From IMG/VR virus record IMGVR_UViG_3300010354_000065, positions 10,808 to 74,807 of that record: 64,000 nt of DNA, one strand, 5' to 3'. Position numbers and translations under genes: made by a program. The notes beneath the pieces are model-generated. The model was not told where the DNA came from, made no database searches, and saw only the letters and a program-made list of their open reading frames with translations. Shown one piece after another: positions 57,852 to 64,000 of the stretch (within the stretch, counting starts at the first letter, position 1; every line of letters starts with the position of its first letter). Source of the DNA: a virus.

Positions 57852-57973
57852 TGGTCAATCTTACTTTCACTAACAACCCACGTTTTCCAATCTTTGCGTT
57901 GGATAGTGTTTGTCGGAATTTTGTGATCCATGCAATAGCGCCAAGCGTCCAGAAAAAAAGCAAATTCAAGCAT
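57836..57973 (-). CDS. small hypothetical protein (45 aa)
   Basis: MLEFAFFLDAWRYCMDHKIP...; fills the gap with overlapping start/stop. Confidence 0.45.
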   Translation of the reverse strand: MLEFAFFLDAWRYCMDHKIPTNTIQRKDWKTWVVSESKIDQWVRV

Positions 57974-58199
57974 TGTTGTTCTCCTTAATTTTATTAATCA
58001 CGGTTGCGGCAAGGGAAACATCTTCTACATCATCTTGCAATTCTAGTTCTTTCACCATCATCATCGATGTATGTGTTTGGAGTAATTCAAGAGCATAATT
58101 GATATCATCAAGTGGAACAGAGCTAATAAATTTATCAAACTCTTCTCCATCACCAATGGCAAGTAAGAAATCAAGGTTGCGTTGATCATGCTCGTTCAT
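57966..58199 (-). CDS. hypothetical protein
   Basis: ATGA-coupled small ORF. Confidence 0.65.
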   Translation of the reverse strand: MNEHDQRNLDFLLAIGDGEEFDKFISSVPLDDINYALELLQTHTSMMMVKELELQDDVEDVSLAATVINKIKENNNA

Positions 58200-58399
58200 G
58201 AATAATCTCCATTAAATTGACCCAACAAGTATTGTACTACACGTCCTGGATTTTCGTCAAGCATTTGTTCTGGTGTCTTATTATCAAACGCTCGATTAGG
58301 ACTAAGCCACCACCGCTCTTGAAGTTCTATTTGTCCTGGAAAAAGAATCTCCAACAGCTTGTTACATTTATCAACTGTTTTCATATTCCCACTCATCAT
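58196..58399 (-). CDS. MbcA/ParS/Xre antitoxin C-terminal domain-like protein
   Basis: F.......WW.SPNRAFDNKTP..ML.....V..YL motif. Confidence 0.6.
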   Translation of the reverse strand: MMSGNMKTVDKCNKLLEILFPGQIELQERWWLSPNRAFDNKTPEQMLDENPGRVVQYLLGQFNGDYS

Positions 58400-58643
58400 G
58401 TATGACTACGACTCGTGCCCAACCACAGCGTTGTTCAGGACATGGAACATACCTATGAATATTTTCAGGTTGGTCTTCACGATATTGTCTATGGCCAGGA
58501 TACACGGGAATGAAATCAACTCTATTGACTGGACCTTCAATAGTAAGTCGATCTGGTACTCCAACTTGTTTCCTGCTTATGTGAAGAGAAAGGTCGCGGC
58601 GACTGAATTGGAAGGATCTTAAAGGAACAACAGGATGTGTCAT
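58371..58643 (-). CDS. hypothetical protein
   Basis: ORF track 58371..58670; ATG at 58643 follows the upstream stop. Confidence 0.55.
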   Translation of the reverse strand: MTHPVVPLRSFQFSRRDLSLHISRKQVGVPDRLTIEGPVNRVDFIPVYPGHRQYREDQPENIHRYVPCPEQRCGWARVVVIHDEWEYENS

Positions 58644-58644
58644 A

Positions 58645-58917
58645 TTAAACACCCAAGCCCATTCCTGCAAGAATAAAATTTTGTGCTTTAGTCAAAACTT
58701 GTGATTTAGTTGCAGTCGGTGAATACATGCTATTGATAATTTCGAGCTTACGTGGCTGCTTACCGCCACCTGCCATAACCACACCCTCCGCAAACACACG
58801 GAAGTTATCAAAATTCATTACTTCATATGCTTTGTACAGCTCGGTCAGCGCATCGTTACCAAGCGTCTCGTTTTTGAGCCGGGGTGAGCTTGACGACTGA
58901 GTGTGAAGGACTGGCAT
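58645..58917 (-). CDS. hypothetical protein
   Basis: 90-aa ORF in a tightly packed run. Confidence 0.65.
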   Translation of the reverse strand: MPVLHTQSSSSPRLKNETLGNDALTELYKAYEVMNFDNFRVFAEGVVMAGGGKQPRKLEIINSMYSPTATKSQVLTKAQNFILAGMGLGV

Positions 58918-59166
58918 TTACTTCTCCTGCTTAGGTTGTGTCCATGGATTAGTTCCGAACACCTGTTCGAACTTGTAACTATTATCACCGCTTTCCTTGT
59001 TAGAGACAACTTCCATATCATAAGCTGATGGATAGTGACGAAGACACCACAGAGCCTGTCGTCGTATTGCACGAGGAATACGAGGAGTAGCTTTTGGATT
59101 GATCAGGTCCTCAAGAAAGCTGCGTGTAGTGTTGACAGCGTTTGTACGTTCATATGGAAGTGTCAT
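58918..59166 (-). CDS. BPSL0761-family-like protein
   Basis: MTLPYERT.AV...R.FL..L, PR.P..IR..A...LRHYP. Confidence 0.7.
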   Translation of the reverse strand: MTLPYERTNAVNTTRSFLEDLINPKATPRIPRAIRRQALWCLRHYPSAYDMEVVSNKESGDNSYKFEQVFGTNPWTQPKQEK

Positions 59167-59540
59167 ATCAAAAACTCCGTAACTTTGTTGTCAGCGTCCT
59201 CAATATTGTACTTAACACAGAACGCTTTGAGTAGCCTACTTTCATGTTCATGATCAAAAATACTATTGTGGATTGCTAGGTAACCAGCCATTTGTGCAGG
59301 TGCATAGCTCTCAGGTCCAAAACCAAATACGTTGTAGAGAGCATAACGGTACGAACCTTTATCGACAAGCTCCGCCTTATGGATACGCCGCGTTACGGCA
59401 CAGAAGACTTGTAGTTGTTGTTCTTTAGACAGAGAGTTCCAGTACGCCTCACTTTGTTGTTCAATCTCGTCCATGACTTCGTTAAACACTCTGGAAATTT
59501 CTTCCAATGATTTCAAAGCTTCTCGTTTATCGTCATCCAT
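59163..59540 (-). CDS. hypothetical protein
   Basis: GSYRY.LY.VFGF motif; ATG at 59540 coupled to the upstream TAA. Confidence 0.7.
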   Translation of the reverse strand: MDDDKREALKSLEEISRVFNEVMDEIEQQSEAYWNSLSKEQQLQVFCAVTRRIHKAELVDKGSYRYALYNVFGFGPESYAPAQMAGYLAIHNSIFDHEHESRLLKAFCVKYNIEDADNKVTEFLI

Positions 59541-59875
59541 TATTGTGCTCCTTGTGCAATTGCAATGTGCTTGCATTCTCCGCGATACTTGAAGGACTGG
59601 CAAGAACATTTTGGACTCGAACCAGACAGATCAACCTTATATACATCACCTTTGCTGCCGCGGACAGATATAACCCTACCCGATACGTCACCAAAGTCGT
59701 GCTCGAGTTTGAGCTTGCGACCCTTCTCCACAAAAGGGATAGGAGTGCGAAGAAGAGTTACCTCGCCCTGACCAAATTTACGGTAGCCAAAAATAGTCGT
59801 CCGTGAGTCATCGAGCAAGTACCAGTGATTGACACCGCCGCCGGTCCATTGTGTGTGTTCGCTGTATAGCTTCAT
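59540..59875 (-). CDS. SWIM-type zinc finger protein
   Basis: GSKG..Y.V, CSC..F.YRG.CKH; GGAGG SD before the MKLY start (start approximate). Confidence 0.75.
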   Translation of the reverse strand: MKLYSEHTQWTGGGVNHWYLLDDSRTTIFGYRKFGQGEVTLLRTPIPFVEKGRKLKLEHDFGDVSGRVISVRGSKGDVYKVDLSGSSPKCSCQSFKYRGECKHIAIAQGAQ

Positions 59876-59896
59876 GGTGACCTCCAATGAATCACC

Positions 59897-59925
59897 ATTA
59901 TATTACAAACACGTTCATCAGTCAA
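59897..59925 (-). promoter_or_regulatory. sigma70-type early promoter TTGACT-17-TATAAT
   Basis: motif and spacing seen directly. Confidence 0.75.
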
Positions 59926-60087
59926 CCTATTACTTTACAAGGTCACCGCACACCCCAATAATGTACACATCAACAAGGTGTCGGTGTTGTGTCAAGCAGT
60001 TGTCATTGATTCGCCAATTTTCATACTCGGTGCCAGCAACAAATGCAATGATGATCAGCACCGTATAAATTGTATATTTCATTACCT

Positions 60088-60537
60088 TCATGCGCTTTTT
60101 TGTGCATGTAGATCACATAATGTACGAATCCATCCCCCGCCGCGACATTCTCCAGGGGAGCCACACACCTCGCACGTCACGGCGGACATAGCTTCAGCCA
60201 TGCGGATCATGCCGTCCGTTGTATCATCCCCTCCGTCAACGTAGAAACGAAGGGTACCAAACTTTTCTTTAACCTGGACAGCAACCACTTGAGGTACTTC
60301 GTCGTTGATCTTTACATTGTAAGGATTATTCTTGAGTAGAGCTTCTCTCTGACTGTTACGCCAATCAATATGTGATTGAATTTGGAAGCACAAGGCATTG
60401 ATGATGTTATACCATCCGTCACTACATTCGAATCCCCAACACATAGCTGTTGTCTGCATCGAAGCATGACGATCCTTAAAAATAAGTGGATATTTCTCCA
60501 CAAGCTTTACATCTAGTTCAGGACTCATTTTGAACAC
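60088..60537 (-). CDS. conserved phage hypothetical protein
   Basis: C.DGW..II, QVKEKFG.LRFY, CE.CG..G, W..TLC..H. Confidence 0.8.
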   Translation of the reverse strand: MFKMSPELDVKLVEKYPLIFKDRHASMQTTAMCWGFECSDGWYNIINALCFQIQSHIDWRNSQREALLKNNPYNVKINDEVPQVVAVQVKEKFGTLRFYVDGGDDTTDGMIRMAEAMSAVTCEVCGSPGECRGGGWIRTLCDLHAQKSA

Positions 60538-60658
60538 TCGCCAGGAGGTTTAATACATAAATGATAATCGACAATATCCATTGTCCCAAGTAGGCCGGCG
60601 ACAAGGTGCACAACGCCCACCACGAGGATGAACTTGTGCACCAGAAACTCGATAGCCT

Positions 60659-61075
60659 TCACGCCAGTTTCTTTGCGTTATAAAAGTAGGTAGTAGCACC
60701 AGCAAGCGACATGCCGAGCTCAGCTTGGATCATCTGGATAACATCACCCTTGACACCGTTGAGGCGTTTATAGATCTCGACTGCACGGTCTTGCTTGGAG
60801 GGACCAGAACCTTCTTTACGAGCACGAACCTTACGCTCCTTGCGAGGAGGAGCGCCGCGGTCAGCTTTAGCGGTTTCCTTAGCTACCTTACGAGCATTCA
60901 TCTCAGCAGCAAGCTGCTTACGACCCTGTACAAGAGCAATTTCCTCAGGAAAGCCAGGATACGGACCGTCTTCAACAGAACGGTTAGGATCCAGAAGCCA
61001 TTGATTGTAGTGAGCGAGCTTGCGGGTAAGAAAGTCGTTATGCTCGTTAGTACCAGGTTGTGGATATGATTGCAT
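60659..61075 (-). CDS. basic early protein with possible C-terminal DNA-binding helices
   Basis: AAGGAG SD before ATG 61075; SK..RA..IY, LGMS.AGA.TY.YN. Confidence 0.7.
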   Translation of the reverse strand: MQSYPQPGTNEHNDFLTRKLAHYNQWLLDPNRSVEDGPYPGFPEEIALVQGRKQLAAEMNARKVAKETAKADRGAPPRKERKVRARKEGSGPSKQDRAVEIYKRLNGVKGDVIQMIQAELGMSLAGATTYFYNAKKLA

Positions 61076-61106
61076 TGTGAACTCCTTGTTTGTCAATTGA
61101 ACCTCT

Positions 61107-61135
61107 ATTATATGTGAAAACAGGATCTTGGTCAA
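61107..61135 (-). promoter_or_regulatory. sigma70-type early promoter TTGACC-17-TATAAT
   Basis: motif and spacing seen directly. Confidence 0.75.
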
Positions 61136-61138
61136 CTA

Positions 61139-61294
61139 TTAAATTAGGAATGCCAAGGCCGCAGCGGCGTTGAGAGCACTCAACGCAATGTACATCCAAC
61201 CGGCCGGATTGTCCTTTTCCGAAAACCGCTCGTCGGCCATCCTCCAGCTATACCAAGAAAAGAATATATTAAAGATTACAAGTACGGTTGACAT
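61139..61294 (-). CDS. small membrane protein (51 aa)
   Basis: MSTVLVIFNIFFSW...GWMYIALSALNAAAALAFLI; two hydrophobic segments. Confidence 0.5.
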   Translation of the reverse strand: MSTVLVIFNIFFSWYSWRMADERFSEKDNPAGWMYIALSALNAAAALAFLI

Positions 61295-61301
61295 TTTTCA
61301 A

Positions 61302-61778
61302 TCACTCCTTCCACTCTTTGTACTCTGTCTTAGGTGTATACGGGAAGGTCACAGACACGCGACTCTTATAGTTGGTAAAATGGCTCTTATACTTCTCACC
61401 CGTTTTTTCATCTGTGTGCCAATCATACCACACGATGCCTTGAATATCATATGCACCATTGCTATCTTTAAATACATGACTACAGCGTTTGTTCTGAAAC
61501 AGAGGACCATCAGTTTGAACCCCATATTCAGATACATCGCCCCATTCCCAATCTTCACCCGTCAATGGTGCGATTGGCTTGAACCGTGCCAGAGTGTCGA
61601 ATACATTCAAAGCATACGGTGCTGATGATCCTGAATGGCCTTCTTCAGCAAATACCTCAAGCAACTTCAATACATGCATGCAAATTGCTTCTTGCATCTC
61701 ATCATTAAATTTGTTGTTCTCATCAACCCAACCAGCTGCACGAAACTCTTGCCATGCATGACTGTCATAATTACTCAT
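61302..61778 (-). CDS. conserved phage hypothetical protein
   Basis: EGHSGSSA, PLTGED.EW, QNKRCS.VFK, TFPYTP. Confidence 0.8.
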   Translation of the reverse strand: MSNYDSHAWQEFRAAGWVDENNKFNDEMQEAICMHVLKLLEVFAEEGHSGSSAPYALNVFDTLARFKPIAPLTGEDWEWGDVSEYGVQTDGPLFQNKRCSHVFKDSNGAYDIQGIVWYDWHTDEKTGEKYKSHFTNYKSRVSVTFPYTPKTEYKEWKE

Positions 61779-61893
61779 TTGAATAAACTCCCTATCACAC
61801 CAAAAATTATTCCAAACATTGGTATTATAAGCAATGAAAACGAAAACATGAGTAGAACGGTAACAAGTACGCCTACAATTTTACCAATCATTA

Positions 61894-62076
61894 CTACTTT
61901 CCATAACAAATCTTTTTGATATCGTCAGCACTCTTTTCCATCTTTATGGCAATCATCACACACTCATGCTCTCTTTGTTCTTTATATGTTATGGATCCCA
62001 TCAGTGCAAATATACCAAGAGCAGCAAACACAATAAGTGCTAATGTTTCAACGCTAAATGAATCGTATCTCATCAC
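61894..62076 (-). CDS. small membrane-anchored hypothetical protein
   Basis: TM helix then C...C. Confidence 0.55.
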   Translation of the reverse strand: MMRYDSFSVETLALIVFAALGIFALMGSITYKEQREHECVMIAIKMEKSADDIKKICYGK

Positions 62077-62402
62077 TTCTCCAATATTTTCTTTAGACGA
62101 CGAATCTCTGCCTTGAGTCCACGGTTTTCGTAATCTGCCATTGCAGCGCGCTCCTGCATCTCCTTCATCTGTTTTGCAAAGTCTCGATCGCTAGGAGTCA
62201 GGGGTTCCTCAGGATGAAAGATGAACTTACCAGCATCCCAATCGAACCCCATCTGAACTGTCTTAACTTTAACAGCGGGATGTGCACCTACTGTACTGTA
62301 TGGTAATTTGATTTCAATGACAACTTCAGGGTCTTCGTAGTGTCCGTCGCGGTGGTACAAATCCACCAGTCGTTTCAGTTCGCTAAATTTCATGGCCGCC
62401 AC
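62073..62402 (-). CDS. hypothetical protein
   Basis: GFDWD motif, C-terminal coiled coil; start probably a few codons in. Confidence 0.65.
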   Translation of the reverse strand: MAAMKFSELKRLVDLYHRDGHYEDPEVVIEIKLPYSTVGAHPAVKVKTVQMGFDWDAGKFIFHPEEPLTPSDRDFAKQMKEMQERAAMADYENRGLKAEIRRLKKILEK

Positions 62403-62554
62403 TCCAATTTAATACACTTCCATCCTTGACGTTTTGCCCAGAACAAATTGTATAGAGCTTTGAGTAGACTCTCACCACGATAGATTTCTAGCCAGTAGTA
62501 GTGAGAGCTTTCACCAGCAGACTCCCATGCATGTACTTCAAATTTATTGCCCAT
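62390..62554 (-). CDS. hypothetical protein
   Basis: MGNKFEVHAW...KLEWRP; overlapping start/stop packing. Confidence 0.55.
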   Translation of the reverse strand: MGNKFEVHAWESAGESSHYYWLEIYRGESLLKALYNLFWAKRQGWKCIKLEWRP

Positions 62555-62792
62555 TTTCAATCCCAAAGGTTTCTTTAATATCGTCACGAATCTCTTTCAG
62601 CGCAGCATATGTCCACTCACATGCAAGTTCGCCAGAGCGACTATTGCCAACAGGAATACGGTACGTTTCGATCTTGTCGATACATTCCAGGACAACCAAC
62701 TCAACAAGTTTTTCCGCATGGAATTCATTCATCCATTTGCCGCTTGAGTCAGTGCCGGCTTTTTCCATTAGTTGTTTGATCCGTTCGTTCAT
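62544..62792 (-). CDS. MNERI-family small protein
   Basis: MNERIKQL...ELVV.EC...I...FGIE. Confidence 0.7.
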   Translation of the reverse strand: MNERIKQLMEKAGTDSSGKWMNEFHAEKLVELVVLECIDKIETYRIPVGNSRSGELACEWTYAALKEIRDDIKETFGIENGQ

Positions 62793-63106
62793 GACCATGT
62801 CCTATGAACTTCAGCAACCCATTCGGCACCATCGTACTCGTGGATAGACCATTTAACATCATCGGGGATCTCAACGATCTTCAGAGAAGAATAATTACCG
62901 TTTGCCTCTTCCCCAAGCTGTTCAACAACATCAACGAGGATGGGGTCATCGCGCTCCAGGTCAAGGTCATTGAAGTCCTTATAAAAACAATAGTCGGGGT
63001 GCCACTCGCCCGGATCAATTCCTTTTGCAGCGCAGTACATATCCTGTGCCTCTTTAGAAAGGGAGAAGCCGCCATACGTACTATTAATTACAACTTTGCG
63101 TGTCAT
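62789..63106 (-). CDS. conserved phage hypothetical protein
   Basis: KVVIN..YGGFSLS, R.DP.LV.VVE.LG, EYDG.EWV.E. Confidence 0.8.
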   Translation of the reverse strand: MTRKVVINSTYGGFSLSKEAQDMYCAAKGIDPGEWHPDYCFYKDFNDLDLERDDPILVDVVEQLGEEANGNYSSLKIVEIPDDVKWSIHEYDGAEWVAEVHRTWS

Positions 63107-63492
63107 TATGAAAACTCCCTTGAACTGAATGCATAGCCATCTTCATCGTCCCAATCATACTCAGGGTTGAACCATGGGTACTTGTCCTTCTTCCCAGCTT
63201 CGTTATGTTGCTGATTCTTTCGCCCGGTGTGTGGATTGATATACCCAGGCGCCTTATATGTTTCGACCATATCAACGAACGAATCATATGTCATGCTGTC
63301 TCCATATTCGTCCATGATAGTTTTATCTTTTAGGAATTCCTTCCACTGCTTCCACGACTCAAGCTTGAACGTGGGGTATCCCTGAAAGGTGAATGCCCAA
63401 CCTCCAGATGATTTGCCGATGTGGAATTCCTCATCATATCGTTTGCAGCATTCACAGTGGTTAGTAGCAACGTAGTAGTTGGTGCCCATCAT
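63106..63492 (-). CDS. conserved phage hypothetical protein
   Basis: MGTNYY, C.CC, HIGKSS.GW.F.F, DEYG. Confidence 0.78.
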   Translation of the reverse strand: MMGTNYYVATNHCECCKRYDEEFHIGKSSGGWAFTFQGYPTFKLESWKQWKEFLKDKTIMDEYGDSMTYDSFVDMVETYKAPGYINPHTGRKNQQHNEAGKKDKYPWFNPEYDWDDEDGYAFSSREFS

Positions 63493-63716
63493 TCAACTCC
63501 GAAATGTTGTTTAATTACAATTCCACAGTGTTCACCGAATGCAATCCTATGCCCATCAGCCTCCGAGAAACAGATATTAGCACATTCTCGAACAATCAAC
63601 TCGGCGAAGTCTTGAAGAACCAATAGGTCTTCTCTAGGCCATCCACCGGGATACATCCGTAGTTTTTCTACATCAAACCCAGCCTTGGTCATTAGTTCTA
63701 AAATTCGTTCGTTCAT
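63489..63716 (-). CDS. MNERI-family small protein
   Basis: MNERILEL...FAELIVREC...IKQHFGVE. Confidence 0.7.
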   Translation of the reverse strand: MNERILELMTKAGFDVEKLRMYPGGWPREDLLVLQDFAELIVRECANICFSEADGHRIAFGEHCGIVIKQHFGVE

Positions 63717-64000
63717 TCTCGATCTCCATACAAAGCAGCGTGTTGTCGCTCAATGCGTTCAGCAGCCATAATCAACAGCATTTTTAGTGCTATGTTATCT
63801 TGGCTTTCGCTGGCTTTACGCAAAGTATCAATTAGTTCTTGATTAGTCATTTTTCTTCAACTCCGAAATGTTCTTTGATCATCACTTCATTATCCCAACA
63901 TTTCTCAGCGCAGATTTCGAAATTACTGGCAAACAGTTCGTCTTTTTCTTCTGCTGATAATTTATAGAGTCTTTCGGATTCTGCTCTCAATACATTAACA

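Overview
A 64-kb piece of a large T4-like (T4 supergroup) myophage genome; the host is probably betaproteobacterial, inferred from the tmRNA tag ANDERFALAA. (1) 1-32.6 kb, minus strand, late virion operon: a partial glycosyltransferase-like gene, two paralogous giant [FY]-x-G-x repeat proteins whose repeat blocks are mirror-symmetric about a central turn, beta-rich fibre proteins, a DUF4815-like protein split in three, and baseplate genes gp8, gp7-like, gp6, gp25, gp5, gp27-like, gp53 and gp48. (2) 32.6-39.9 kb, plus strand: gp4, gp2, gp54-like, gp26 with a probable -1 frameshift into gp51, and two tape-measure-like genes. (3) gp32, gp59 and gp33. (4) A 26-gene tRNA array covering all 20 amino acids, interleaved with 2OG-Fe(II) oxygenase-like genes, a radical SAM gene and five stem-closed non-tRNA structured elements. 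Directly upstream of it is an unannotated 35-codon leader ORF (19 of 20 amino acids) coupled to mutually exclusive antiterminator and terminator hairpins, a candidate attenuator that senses the host tRNA pool. (5) A circularly permuted two-piece tmRNA, an SleB-like hydrolase, two fatty-acid desaturases, a ketosynthase, DUF932 and many small early genes behind sigma70-type promoters. All calls come from reading sequence motifs by eye; no searches were run.
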